From contig NIVC01000024.1 in NCBI GenBank assembly GCA_002269645.1, positions 682,001 to 746,000 on the forward strand: DNA of 64,000 bases. Direction: 5' to 3'. The first letter of the stretch is position 1; each line of letters starts with the position of its first letter. Position numbers and translations under genes: made by a program. Shown in pieces: positions 36,507-50,103 of the stretch. The DNA is from Macrostomum lignano (taxonomy: Eukaryota). Below the pieces are notes generated by a model. That model was not told the DNA's origin. It made no database searches and was given only the letters and a program-made list of their open reading frames with translations.

Positions 36507-37265
36507 TCAGTGCACGCGGAACTTGACCCAGTCGGCGCTCGTCTCGATCTCCTCCTCCACCTGAGCGTCGGTGAACAGCAGCAGGCGGCAGGCTCTCAGC
36601 TTGCTGTTGTACAGCACGTGTCTGCAGCTGGCCGCACGCATGCCAGCTGCCACGCAGTGCATTGCATTCTTCACCTGCAGCAGGTCAGCGTGGCAGTACT
36701 CGGAGCTCGGGTTGTAGCTGGTGCGCTTGAACGGAGTCCGCAGCCACAGTTGGCCAGAGGCAGAGCGAGGCTGAGCTGCCCCAACGAACTCGCAGGCGAA
36801 GCCGCGCAGTCCCGAGCAGGTGTTGTCGGACAGCTTCCCGACCGCGTCATTGTACTGCCCGATGCAGTCCTGGTTGCCTCCGCTGTTGTTTGGATCGCCT
36901 GTTCGCCACAGGGAGTCATTCAGAGGCAGAATGCCCTTGCCTTTCACCAGCTGCCAGCCCGACCTGCTCGTGCCTCTCTCCTCAGCCAGGTCGGACACTC
37001 CGAGCCAGATGTTGCAGCTGCAGTTGAGACTGGGCATGCTGCCCAGCAACTGCAGCGAGCTGTGCGAGTTGAGCAGCTCGCCTCCGATTGATGCGCAGTG
37101 CCGATTCGCTGAGCACCAGGTGAAGCTCTGAGCTGTGCTCACGAACACGCATTTGCCGGCCTCGAGGCTGAACGGAGCGGGGCACGCGGTCAGCTGGGCC
37201 TGCACTGGCGTCAGCTGCCTGCTGTGCAGCAGGGTTAGCATGATTATAATGATTTTATTTTGCAT
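36507..37265 (-). CDS. Secreted C-type lectin + PAN/apple-like domain protein, paralogue 1 (intronless)
   Basis: Signal peptide; CTLD motifs CP..F...GKC, TWCSANRHC, IWLG, WRTGDPNN..QDC, LSDNTC..GFACE; C-terminal C..C..CRHVLYNSKLRACRL. Confidence 0.88.
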   Translation of the reverse strand: MQNKIIIIMLTLLHSRQLTPVQAQLTACPAPFSLEAGKCVFVSTAQSFTWCSANRHCASIGGELLNSHSSLQLLGSMPSLNCSCNIWLGVSDLAEERGTSRSGWQLVKGKGILPLNDSLWRTGDPNNSGGNQDCIGQYNDAVGKLSDNTCSGLRGFACEFVGAAQPRSASGQLWLRTPFKRTSYNPSSEYCHADLLQVKNAMHCVAAGMRAASCRHVLYNSKLRACRLLLFTDAQVEEEIETSADWVKFRVH

Positions 37266-40200
37266 ACTGCAAATTTGCTTCTTTAACTTAGAAAAATATT
37301 AAAATTTTTGCGACCACGATATTTGGCACTGCAATTTTGTTTCGCGTTCGGGCTCCACCCAGTATAAGCACTATTTATTGAAAAACCCAGCCAAGGATAA
37401 GGTTCACTGAGTCGATTGATCCATACCTCACCTCAAGTCGTTGTCATCGCTTAAGAGTTTCCCCACAAATGCTATAATTTATTTCCATCAGTACTCCATT
37501 CAATAGAAGTTTTTCTACAGCCAAGCAGGAAGATCGGTATCAAGCGCGCTGAAGCGGAAATACGGAAAGTCGTCAGAATTTCCACAGGGTTTTTTCCGTT
37601 GCTACGGGTGCAATGCAATACAATAGATGTAGGAATTACGACCGCGCTAATGCAGCAAATGGTTTACACTGTTTCTTCAGAATAGAAAGCACTGTAGTGT
37701 TTCAAAACAGCAAATGCAAGCACTGAGGCGGTACACAGGTACACATAATTTTTTTCTGGTACGAATTCGCTGTGGCTAACTACCCGATTGCTTTGATGAA
37801 TAGCTGCAGCAGTAGCAGAGAATGCATGCCTAACCCGAGGAACCGGCATTTATTATCTGTGTGTGGCTTCGTCTGCCACAAAACAATGTGAGACATTTGC
37901 ATTGACACCAAATGCGTATAGAATATATTCTTCCTCATCTTAAAGCTTGTGAGACACGAGGGATTTTCTGCAAGAGCGACTGGGGGTACCAGTGAGTTAG
38001 CTTTAATCAAGGGGTCAGCTGTTTAATGTATTTCTGTGGATGAATTTTTTAGCATATAATCAATTTTGAGATGACAATGGACTTAATTTGCAAGCAAAAT
38101 ATGTGGAACTCATTGGTATATATACATTTTAATTGTACTAGTCCTGCGGCTTTTAATTTTGTAGCTATGTGACGATTAAGACGACGACACAGTCCCAGGA
38201 TCAAATGACTAAGACGAACAACAACGGAGGCAATTTGTGTAGCGGTAGCACTCAGACTTAGACACAGTTGATACGTTGTTATGTTATGGCCGATGGCGAT
38301 TTATTATGGCTCGTTATAGATTCTCGTCGGAAATATATATAAGAGTGGGGCTAGGCCTGATTTGGTGCTGAATCTGTACTATGGTACTTTGGGCACTGCG
38401 GCAGGCAACAATAATGGTGACGGATAGCTAATAGGCTACGGCGATGAAGGTGTGGCGTGATCCCCACTCGGGGCAGTGGCTTGATCGAATGGAGCCGGCC
38501 AGCACTCTCTGTGGCGAGGAATTTAGCAGTGGCGTGGTTCGAACTTGCAGAGTGAACTTGGCCGAGTAAACTTGGCAGTGGCGGGGAGGGAGAGAGAGAG
38601 AGCGGGCCGGAAAACCTCAACCCGGGCGCCCCAGCCAGACGTACAGGACTGATAACGAGCGGGCTGGGATGGGCGCACAACAAAAGCTTAATTTCGGGCT
38701 AGCATAAAATATGCACGGCCTTCCTATTGGCCGGCGTGAAAACCAACTTGAAAACAGAAATTATCGATCGCATTGTACATACTAGCAGGCTTTACGAACG
38801 TCGCGCAATGTTGTTAATGTTTCAGAACGTCACAGCTGCTTTTCGTTAGTTATCGAAACAACTAAAACAGCTAGAGCTTTTGCCTTTTGTCTGCTTAAGC
38901 ATCATCAACTTTCTCTTGCACCTCAGTCTGTGCTGAAATTTAAAGTGAAGATTATTCACACGCTTTTATCGACGGCTAGCTAGCTTTTGTTTAAGCTTTA
39001 GTTTTTCCAGTTTAAAAAAACACATTTTAATTTCGCGCGTGGGGTACCGCGTTTTTGCAGTTAATTAATTGGCCTGCCTGCGCCGTCGGAGCTGCGCCTT
39101 GAAAACATGCATGCAACGTCAATTTTATGGAAACAGAAAATGCCAAATACTAATGTATTTATTGAACTGTCTTCTCTTCTTCAACTTCTTTCATGTCTTT
39201 TAAAGTTTGCAAAATATGTGAGCGAGTTATCCAGAACAAATTTATCGAATTCAGATATTTACACGTAGTCATAATATATGATGCATATGGTCTTTGATTT
39301 CTATGCCTCTGGCTAGGGCTTATTTATTATAACTATTATTGGCTCTAGCGGCGGGCTAACCTCAAGGACGACTTAAGCCTATGCTATAGTTTAGCTTATT
39401 ATTGCTTAGCTTAGGCCTAGCCTTCATCTTAGCCTAGGGCCTAGTTAGGCCTAATAAGATTAATAATAGGGGCCTAATATACAATGCAATGTGAAATATG
39501 TGCTAGGGCTAGGCCTATTTATTTTAAGTTTCAACATTTATTAGCCTTAACTAGCAAGCACTAGTGCAGTTTATAGGCCTAGTGCCTTAACTTAGTGGCT
39601 TAACCTCGGCCCTAGCCTTATAAGTTATATAAGGCTTGCAAGTAACATGTCTAGACCCTAAGATAGGCTAGCTATAGCCTAATAGGCCCATTAGTATAGA
39701 TTAGATTTTTAAAAACAACAAATTATATTAATAATATAGGCCTAGGCCTAGGCCAATGGCAATTTATCCAATTAAACTCTTGGGCTTTAGCAAGTTTAGG
39801 CCTAGTTTAAATTTTAGGCCCTATACTAATAAGCATTTAAAAGTAGTCCAATATATTAAAATGAGTTGTCTCACTTGTCTGTACATGTATGTGGGTATGC
39901 AATTGATTTAAGAAAAAATAGCTTAACCATTTTTTCCAAACTTGCACCCTTTGATCAGAATTTTTTCTGTGATAATACATGCATCTTGGCTAAGAAATTG
40001 CTCAATGTTAAAGGGATTAAATATTTGAAAAACATTTTTAGCAAAGGTCAAACAGATTTTTTACTTAAAATGCATTATAAAAATGCTAAAGAAAAAACTG
40101 GCTGATTGAATTCCTATTCTGATTAAGATTATATCACAACAAGTTGAAAATAGTATTGAAGAAAAGCACACAAGACTTGATTGAGATTTCTTAATCATTG

Positions 40201-40439
40201 TAACATTAATTAGCTAGTAGCAAGCCCCATTTTGACCATAGAATATGGAATTAGAATTAAATAAAAAATGAGAATATAGAATTCTCAAGCTATTTCTTGT
40301 TTATTATCTCTAAAATCAAATAAAGCTGAGACAAGCCAAGCCAAGCCCAGAGTTTACAACCTTTCTTTTTCACTTATGCCAAAGTTAATTTCACTGCATT
40401 TTGATTCACTCATATGCTTGGCATCTGGAGGATTCTTGC

Positions 40440-40700
40440 TCTCTTTGGGGATGCTTGCTATCAAGGGGGATGTTTGCTATCTAGGGGATGCTTGCTATTG
40501 GGGGATGCTTGCTATCAGGGGATGCTTGCTATTGGGGGATGCTTGCTATCAGGGGATGCTTGCTATTGGGGGATGCTTGTCATTGAGGGATGCTTGCCAT
40601 TAGGGGATGCTTGTCATTGAGGGATGCTTGCTATTGGGAGATGCTTGCTATTGGAAAATGCTTGCTATCTTGGGGTGCTTTCTTTTTGGGGGATGCTTGC
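40440..40700. repeat. Degenerate ~19-bp minisatellite (GGGGATGCTTGCTATTG-like)
   Basis: Tandem units read directly. Confidence 0.85.
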
Positions 40701-43234
40701 CATCTAGGTAGTGCTTTTGACTGAGGAGAAATGCCTATTATCTTTGTAAAGGCATGATTTTGTTGTGTATTTCTGTTACTTTTAGAAAAAAGAGATTAAT
40801 AGCAAACATCTTTGTCCATTACAATTTTACCTAAAGAAGGTGACTTATGAAACTAAAAAAAGAATTGGTTCTTAAAAAAATGTGCCTTATATGGATTTGC
40901 ATGAATAATTTTTTCTCTTTACTTTTTGGGCACCCTAAAGGGGGGGCATTAGATTGCTATCCTAACTAAAAATAGAGTTGGTAGTAATTTTGTCTACTAG
41001 AAAATATTAAATTCAATGTCAGTGTTATAATGTTATAATGAGATAATGAGTGATAAGATAATGAATTCATTTTTAATAATAGGCATTATGATATTTGATA
41101 ATTAATGCTATTAGAAATATGCAGGGCCCCTAGTTCTTTTTACAAATTTAATAGCTGTACATTGCATTTTAAATTCGTGCCAAAACTAAGAAGCACTTTT
41201 TGTTAAAATGCACATATTTTTCTTAATATTTTGACAAATTAAATTTTGTTTAAACTCACTCATAGAATTAGTATAAATAGACGCAATCCAAGCCAAGAAG
41301 AGAACAACTTGCTTGAGCATAGCTCCTAAGAAAGAATTAATAAGTGATCATACTAAGAAAGAAGTGTTACAAGCAAATATATTTGCAGTTGTCTTCTGAG
41401 TAATTCATTTGTAGAAGTGAAGTGAAATAGACTGAAGCATATACAGTATATACTACTGAAAGGCAGATGTGTTAAGTAGTAAGAGAATACAAAGTAGATC
41501 CTAAATTGATACATGCAAGAATAACTAGAGGCTGTGACCCTCTGATCTCGGTAATGTTTAGGACTAGAAATACATAAAGTATATACACTAGTAGACCAAT
41601 ATATTACTCAGGCCAAATTACTAGTAGAATGCTACCAGAATAACAGAAGAACAAGACATGTAAGGGCTAAATAATATTCTAGGAATAATTCATAGACCAA
41701 ATACTCAGACTAATGCTTAGATAAATACTCAGACAAATACTCAGATATATATTCAGAGTAATTCTAAGAAACATTTCTCAGACTTAATCTAAAATTAATA
41801 AACTTATAATTTTTTAATAGAATAGTCTTGGTGGCAGCTACCAACATTAGGAAATTTAATATAGTAAGAAGTATAGCCCTAGTACAACTCAGTAACAGCT
41901 TTAGGACAATTCATAAAGACAGGAATAACCCCTAGTACAACTTGGTGGCAGCAAATAAGATATTCAATAGTAGGAATAAGAAAAGTAGCCCTACAACAGA
42001 AGTACCAGTATAAGTATATTTAAAATAATTTAATTTTTATAAATCTTCCTTCCTTAAGACTATTTTTTGTATATTTTAATAATCTATTTGCCAATTATCC
42101 ATTGATTAAACAATTAATAGATAAATAATAAACAATAAATTATTTAGATATTTCAATGTATAGATCAATTATCTAATTAATTAAAAAATATAATTATAAA
42201 TTAAAATATACTGATTAAAAATGGTTAAAATTAAAATAGTATTTCTATTAGATATTTAAATATTATAAAATAGAGTGGTTTACCCTTATGGTTTTGTTAG
42301 TATTCGATACCAATGATATGGAGCAGTCTTGAAAATTTAAACTGCCACTTGCATATAAGTTTATGCTTTTCAAGCCAAAAATGTGCTATGAACTTATTGA
42401 ATCTGCTAAGTCATGCTTAGGTGCAACCTAAGGATTCACCTGGCCATTTCTATTGGCAACACACACACACATGTAAGTCGCTATTGGATGGAATAGTAGT
42501 CACGTGACTGCTCTCAGCCAATAGCAACTTATATGTATATTTTGCCAATAGAAACGGCTGAGTGATTTGCAAGGTTGCACATGTATGTACTAGGTTACTC
42601 TATTTGCAAAGGTCTGCAATTCCAAAGAGAAGGTATATGAAGTCATAGGGCCCATTTTATAAAGCCATTGTAAGATAAGATATAATTGAAGTCATGCTAT
42701 GACAACTTTATAGTATAATCCCATGGGCCTAGTCAAGTAGTTGCTTACTTGTTAGCATGGTAGTTCATTCATTGCCTTAGAAAGCAATTTAAAGTATAGT
42801 GATTTTCTCACATGCTTACTATGAGTAGCATAACACTGCCACTACTATAATTTACATATTATGGACTGTTAGTTCTTGGAGCATAAATTATTAGTACTTT
42901 TATTATGAAATGATTTATTTCTTATAATAGCTATTTAGTATTATGAAACTATTTATTTAATGCTACCTGATCAGTAAACAAAAAAGCATTTCAAATTAAA
43001 CTAATCCTTAAACCAGGTTTAAACCCTAAAGTCTGGGTCATTATGCAGGAGGTTTATTTTTATTTTTAGTCTCTATGCACCTTGATTTTTGAAAATTGCA
43101 TGCAAAAAATTTCCAAGAATGCAAATTTTCATCTGACTGTTAAATAAAGTTTAAGTTTAAAACCTAGATCTTACCTAAATATAAGTTTAGCATGCAATCA
43201 ATCTTTTTGCATAATTTCAGTCAGTCTCAAAAAG

Positions 43235-46200
43235 ATGGTTCTAAAAGCTATCCTGGAAGATACTTACAACTTGATGAAAGTAATTAAGCGAGGTCGCGAA
43301 GTAGTTTCTGGTGTAAGTTTCTATTCCTAGAGAATTTATGTTGGTTTCTACCTGCTCAATGAGGAGTGATCTGCTCACTGACACCTGTAGTGACACATAT
43401 TCTACCCATTATTTGTGCTGTGTGGTTGTGTGCCCCCTACATATGTGGCGCACTTTAAGCGACATTGTCATACAACAGGCGAGAGGCATTTCTGCCCATT
43501 TCTCTGACTCTGAGCAGGCACACAAGCGCGCGGATACGTACGCAGGTCATACGCACAGGCACTCATTCACACAGGAGTGTACAGCAGCCCTATAACTTAT
43601 TTATCGTTAGGCATGTACACCTCACTGTGCCTTGGGGGTTGGCCCTCAAGGGTGTTAATTGCACGAGCAGAGCCAAGTCGAGATTCCAATTTAACCACAG
43701 ATTAATGTGACTGCACTTGGGAATCGAGCCTGGGCCGCTGGCACATCAGAGCGCGGCGCGAGACCACTGGGCTACGGCCCCCCCCCCCCCCCAACAGGGA
43801 GCCCCCTGTACGTGTGCATGGTCTATGCTGGTTTCCTTTGTTCCTCACTCCGCAGAGCATAGCCGAAAGAATTTGCGACTCGTACAAGCAGCTCAGTCTA
43901 GCTGAGAAGGAGACATTCTTCAACATGCTGGTGTCAGATCATGGCGTTGCGGAGACAACCAAAATCGGCATTACATTGGACAGGGTAAGATGCTTATTTA
44001 TTGGGTTTATAACGCGTGTCATATGTGTTATTTTTGGGTAGTGAGATGAGAGATTTTTGGGGAGTGAGATGAGAGATTTTAGGGGAGTGAGATGAGAGAT
44101 TTTAGGGGAGTGAGATGAGAGATTTTTGGGAGTGGGATGTGGGACATTTTGGGGAGTGAGATGTGGGACATTTCTGAGGAGTGAGATGAGAGATTTCGGG
44201 GGTGAGATAGATCTTTTAGGGAGTGAGATTAGAGATTTTTGGGTAGTGAGATGAGAGATTTGGGGGTGAGATGAGATATTTTTTGAGGAGCGAGATGAGA
44301 CATTTTTGGGTAGTGGGCTGAGAGATTTGAGGGTGAGATGAGATATTTTTGGGGAGTGAGATCAGAGATTTCTGTGGAGCGGACAGAGTAAGGGTTATTT
44401 ACTGAGTTTATAGCGTGTGTGATGACGCATCGACTTAAATTTCAGCCAATTATACTCTTATTTTCATCTTGCCCGCAGTCAAATCCTGTGGAGAGCATTC
44501 AACGCCTGCAGAATCTGCGCCACATCACCCAGCCGCAGTTTGCCGGGCTGTTTCGCGTGCTCGGCAAAGCCCAAGGCGGAGTGAAGTTCATGGTTAATAT
44601 GCGCACTGATCTGAGCAAACTCACTGGCAAATCTACTGTAGAAGCTACTCCAGCTATTGTCCCAGTGATCGACCACGAGCTCAAACAGCTGCTGTCTGTG
44701 TGGTTCAGCTCGGGTCTGTTTCACCTGCAACGGGCTACCTGGGAGTCGCCGAGTAGGCTGTTGGAGAAGGTGAATTTTGCTATGTTCTAGAATTTTCTTC
44801 TCTGCACTACATATCGCTAGGCTATTTTAGTAGGCATCGCAAAATGTACAGTAGGTTTTTTATAATTTAAACTTTGGCGCTAAAATTAATGTTTGAGATG
44901 GGAGATTTTTGGAGAGTGCGATGGGAGATTCTTAGGGAGTGAGATAGGAGATTTTTGGCGAGTGAGATAGGAAATTTTTGGCGAGTGAGATGGGTCTTTT
45001 TTGGAGAGTGAGATGGAAGATTTTTGAGGAGTGAGATTGGAGATTTTTGGGAAGTGAGATGAGAGACATTGAGGAGTGAGATGCGAAAATAAATGATTTT
45101 TGAAGGATTCGCTTCAGATTACTTCCTTGCTACTTATTAGTAGTTAATCACTTACTAAGCACGATTGCATTCCCTACCCTAACCTCGCTGTCAGGTGGCC
45201 GCTAGCGAGGCTGTCCACCCGATCCTTGGCTGGCAGGATCTCAAACGTCGTGTTGGCGCCTACAAACGCTGCTTCGTGTTCACGCATCCCTGCCTGCCCG
45301 GTGAACCGCTGGTGATTCTTCACGCCGCACTTCTGGAGAATGTGGCCGACACCATGGAGAAAATTGTGCCAGCACTGTTTGAGCACATGCCTGATAGTGT
45401 GGAGGATCCCGCCAGGGTTAAGGTTTGCACCTTCTGGATAGTGATTTTGAGGCTACAAGATGAATGATTTTGAGGGAATAAGATGAATGATTTTGAGGGA
45501 ACAAGATGGATGATTTTGAGGGAACAGATGGATGATTTTGAGGCAACAAGATGAATGATTTTGAGGGAATAAGATGAATGATTTTGAGGGAACAAGATGG
45601 ATGATTTTGAGGGAACAGATGGATGATTTTGAGGCAACAAGATGAATGATTTTGAGGGAACAGATGGATGATTTTGAGGCAACAAGATGAATGATTTTGA
45701 GGGAACGAGATGGATGATTTTGAGGCAACAAGATGAATGATTTTGAGGGAACAGATGGATGATTTTGAGGCAACAAGATGAATGATTTTGAGGGAACGAG
45801 ATGAATGATTTTGAGGGAACGAGATGGATGATTTTGAGGGAACGAGATGAATGATTTTGAGGCAACAGATGGATGATTTTGAGGCAACAGATGGATGATT
45901 TTGAGGCAACAAGATGGATGATTTTGAGGGAACAAGATGGATGATTTTGAGGGAACGAGATGGATGATTTTGAGGGAACGAGATGGATGATTTTGAGGGA
46001 ACGAGATGAATGATTTTGAGGGAACGAGATGGATGATTTTGAGGGAACAGATGGATGATTTTGAGGGAACAAGATGGATGATTTTGAGGGAACGAGATGG
46101 ATGATTTTGAGGGAACAAGATGGATGATTTTGAGAGAACGAGATGAATGCTTTTGAGGCAACAAGATGAATGATTTTGAGGGAACAAGATGGATGATTTA

Positions 46201-49200
46201 GAGGGAACGAGATGGATGATTTTGAGGCAACAAGATGGATGATTTTGAGGGAACAAGATGAATGATTTTGAGGGAACAAGATGGATGATTTTGAGGCAAC
46301 AAGATGGATGATTTTGAGGGAACAAGATGGATGATTTTGAGAGAACGAGATGGATGATTTTGAGGCAACAGATGGATGATTTCGAGGCAACAGATGGATG
46401 ATTTCGAGGCAACAGATGGATGATTTCGAGGCAACAGATGGATGATTCTAAGGGAACAAGATGGATGATTTAGAGGGAACGAGATGGATGATTTTGAGGG
46501 AACAGATGGATGATTTTGAAGGAACGAGATGGATGATTTTGAGGGAACAAGATGGATGATTTCGAGGCAACAGATGGATGATTTTGAGGCAACAGATGGA
46601 TGATTTTGAAGGAACGAGATGGATGATTTTGAGGGAACGAGATGGATGATTTTGAGGGAACAGATGGATGATTTTGAGGGAACAAGATGGATGATTTTGA
46701 GAGAACGAGATGAATGATTTTGAGGCAACAAGATGAATGATTTTGAGGGAACAAGATGGATGATTTAGAGGGAACGAGATGGATGATTTTGAGGCAACAA
46801 GATGGATGATTTTGAGGGAACAAGATGAATGATTTTGAGGGAACAAGATGGATGATTTTGAGGGAACAAGATGAATGATTTTGAGGGAACAAGATGGATG
46901 ATTTTGAGGCAACAAGATGGATGATTTTGAGGGAACAAGATGGATGATTTTGAGAGAACGAGATGGATGATTTTGAGGCAACAGATGGATGATTTCGAGG
47001 CAACAGATGGATGATTTCGAGGCAACAGATGGATGATTTCGAGGCAACAGATGGATGATTCTAAGGGAACAAGATGGATGATTTAGAGGGAACGAGATGG
47101 ATGATTTTGAGGGAACAGATGGATGATTTTGAAGGAACGAGATGGATGATTTTGAGGGAACAAGATGGATGATTTTGAGGCAACAGATGGATGATTTTGA
47201 GGCAACAGATGGATGATTTTGAAGGAACGAGATGGATGATTTTGAGGGAACGAGATGGATGATTTTGAGGGAACAGATGGATGATTTTGAGGGAACAAGA
47301 TGGATGATTTTGAGAGAACGAGATGAATGATTTTGAGGCAACAAGATGAATGATTTTGAGGGAACAAGATGGATGATTTAGAGGGAACGAGATGGATGAT
47401 TTTGAGGCAACAAGATGGATGATTTTGAGGGAACAAGATGAATGATTTTGAGGGAACAAGATGGATGATTTTGAGGGAACAAGATGAATGATTTTGAGGG
47501 AACAAGATGGATGATTTTGAGGCAACAAGATGGATGATTTTGAGGGAACAAGATGGATGATTTTGAGAGAACGAGATGGATGATTTTGAGGCAACAGATG
47601 GATGATTTCGAGGCAACAGATGGATGATTTCGAGGCAACAGATGGATGATTTCGAGGCAACAGATGGATGATTCTAAGGGAACAAGATGGATGATTTAGA
47701 GGGAACGAGATGGATGATTTTGAGGGAACAGATGGATGATTTTGAAGGAACGAGATGGATGATTTAGAGGGAACGAGATGGATGATTTTGAGGGAACAGA
47801 TGGATGATTTTGAAGGAACGAGATGGATGATTTTGAGGGAACGAGATGGATGATTTTGAGGGAACAGATGGATGATTTTGAGGCAACAGATGGATGATTT
47901 TGAGGGAACAGATCAGTGACAATACTCTGCCTATCCATGCCCTACTCTCGCAGGTGGCAAACTTCTACTCAATCAGCCGGCCCATTGACGGCTTGAGCGG
48001 CATCGACCTCGGCAGCAACATTGTCCGCCGGGTCATGCACCGTCTGCAGGCCGAGTACCCCAAGCTGCAGCACTTCTCCTCTCTGTCCCCCATCCCCGGC
48101 TTCAACAACTGGCTGTTTGGCCAGATTAATCGCCACCTGCAGCACGAGGTGTTCGCCAGAATTCTCGACGATGTTCGACCTGAGAGCTCCGACCTGCTGC
48201 CGTTGTTCTCTGACGAGACTCACGTCAAGATGATGCAGGTTGGCGGCTTTCCGTTCTCGTTATCTTTGGATTATCTACTTCTGCTCCCCTGGATAATCCA
48301 CATCTATCTACCTGGATAATCCACGTCTATCCGCTCCGATTAGCCACATCTATTTATCTAGATGATCCACGTCTATCTACCTGGATAATCCATGTCTATC
48401 CGCTCCGATTAGCCACATCTATTTATCTAGATGATCCACGTGTATCTACCTGGATAATCCATGTCTATCCCCTCCGATTAGCCACATCTATTTATCTAGA
48501 TGATCCACGTCTATCTACCTGGATAATCCATGTCTATCCGCTCCGATTAGCCACATCTATTTATCTAGATGATCCACGTGTATCTACCTGGATAATCCAC
48601 GTCTATCCGCTCCGATTAGCCACATCTTTTTATCTAGATGATCCACGTGTATCTACCTGGATAATCCACGTCTATTCACATGGATAATCTACGTCTATCT
48701 ACCTGGATAATCCACGTCTATTCACCTGGATAATCACATCTATCTGCTTCGATTAGCCACATCTATTTATCTAGATAATCCACATCTATCTACCATTCTA
48801 CCTGAATAATCCACGTCTATCTACCTGGATAATCCATGTCTATCTACCTAGATAATCCATGTCTACCCACCCCTGTAAACCTCAGCTATTCGACGTAGAC
48901 AACAACAAAGACCTGTACACCAAGCTATCAATGACGCTGGAGTCGCAAGAGTGGATCACCTCCCCAGTGCTAGTCTCGGAGCTGAAGCAGCCCCTGATGA
49001 AGCTGTGCGCTCGCTACCTATTCGCGCTGAAGCACCGCGGCCACGCATTGGATCCTATCGCTAATTTTCACCTCCGCAACGGTGCGGTGATGTACCGCCT
49101 GTGCTGGCAGGCCGATCAGAGTCCGAACGGGCTGAGCCAGTCCTGCGGCATGATGGTCAACTATCGCTATTATCCCGAGCTCACTGAGGGCTTCTCTGAG

Positions 49201-49290
49201 AAATATTATTTTACTAAACGGATTCCGGTTGGCGAGCCGTTTGCTAGCGTTATCAGCATCGAACCGGACAGTCTGCCGCTTGACCCGTGA
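43235..49290 (+). CDS. MLYCD: Malonyl-CoA decarboxylase; exons 43235-43312 (may extend upstream), 43856-43984, 44479-44769, 45195-45422, 47954-48238, 48886-49290 (~471 aa)
   Basis: Family motifs GGVKFMVNMRTDL, WFSSGLFHLQRATWESP..LLEK, EAVHPI..WQDLKRRVG..KRCFVFTHP..PGEPLVILH.AL, NFYSIS..GLSGIDLG, FSSLSPIPGF, DPIANFHLRNGA..RLCWQAD.SPNGLSQSCGMMVNYRY. All introns are GT-AG, phase 0. Confidence 0.93.
43451..43780 (-). mobile_element. tRNA-derived SINE (intronic in MLYCD)
   Basis: Minus-strand head with A box TAGCCCAGTGG and B box GGCTCGATTCCC; the body is repeated at 9740-10006. Confidence 0.75.
44040..44375. repeat. ~22-bp minisatellite (GGGAGTGAGATGAGAGATTTTT-like) in an MLYCD intron
   Basis: Tandem units read directly. 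Confidence 0.88.
44895..45085. repeat. Second, more degenerate array of the ~22-bp GAGTGAGATGGGAGATTTTT family in the next MLYCD intron
   Basis: Same motif as 44040-44375. Confidence 0.8.
45445..47912. repeat. 22/23-bp minisatellite (ATGGATGATTTTGAGGGAACAAG) with a 613-bp higher-order period
   Basis: Fills the intron. ORF starts recur at 46390/47003/47616 and 46731/47344, all 613 bp apart. Confidence 0.95.
48272..48868. repeat. 23-bp minisatellite organised partly as a 69-bp trimer (CTATCTACCTGGATAATCCACGT...)
   Basis: CCTGG recurs at 48311, 48380 and 48449. Confidence 0.9.
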
Positions 49291-49504
49291 ACTGCCGCTT
49301 GGCGTGCTTTTCTATGAATTTCTAAGAGTTACTAGTAAGAACTTGTTTTTTTTACTTTTGTTTCGTTTGCTTTTTGTTGCTGCGCCCGATTTAAATAACT
49401 GTCCGGAAATATTCCACATTTTGGAGAAATTTTCGAAAAATTTAGTTGCTGTGCCTGCTTCCGGCCAGTTACCCCCCCCCCCCCCACAGGCAAGTGAGTG
49501 AGCT

Positions 49505-49597
49505 GTGTCTATCTGTCTGTCTGTCTGTCTGTCTGTGTGTATGTCTGTCTGTCTGTCTGTCGGTGTGTCTGTCTGTCTGTCTGTCTGTCTGTGTGTA

Positions 49598-49656
<59 letters not shown>

Positions 49657-49661
49657 GTGTA

Positions 49662-49696
<35 letters not shown>

Positions 49697-49701
49697 GTGT
49701 A

Positions 49702-49780
<79 letters not shown>

Positions 49781-49785
49781 GTGTA

Positions 49786-49816
<31 letters not shown>

Positions 49817-49821
49817 GTGTA

Positions 49822-49852
<31 letters not shown>

Positions 49853-49857
49853 GTGTA

Positions 49858-49888
<31 letters not shown>

Positions 49889-49897
49889 GTGTATGTC

Positions 49898-49938
<41 letters not shown>

Positions 49939-50035
49939 ATGTCTGTCTGTCTTAGTGTCTTCTGCCTGTCTGCCTTAGTGTCTGTCTGTCTGTCTGTCTG
50001 TGTGTATGTCTGTCCGTCTGTCTGTCTGTCTGTCC

Positions 50036-50103
<68 letters not shown>

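Noticed and set aside
39300-42400. Very AT-rich stretch with TAGGCCTA-type short palindromes
   Set aside because: No ORF, RNA gene or defined repeat unit; treated as intronic/intergenic low-complexity DNA. No mitochondrial gene motifs were recognised.
45320-47938. Many 80-356-aa ORFs (PQNHPS/LKIIHL)
   Set aside because: Antisense translations of the intronic 22/23-bp array.
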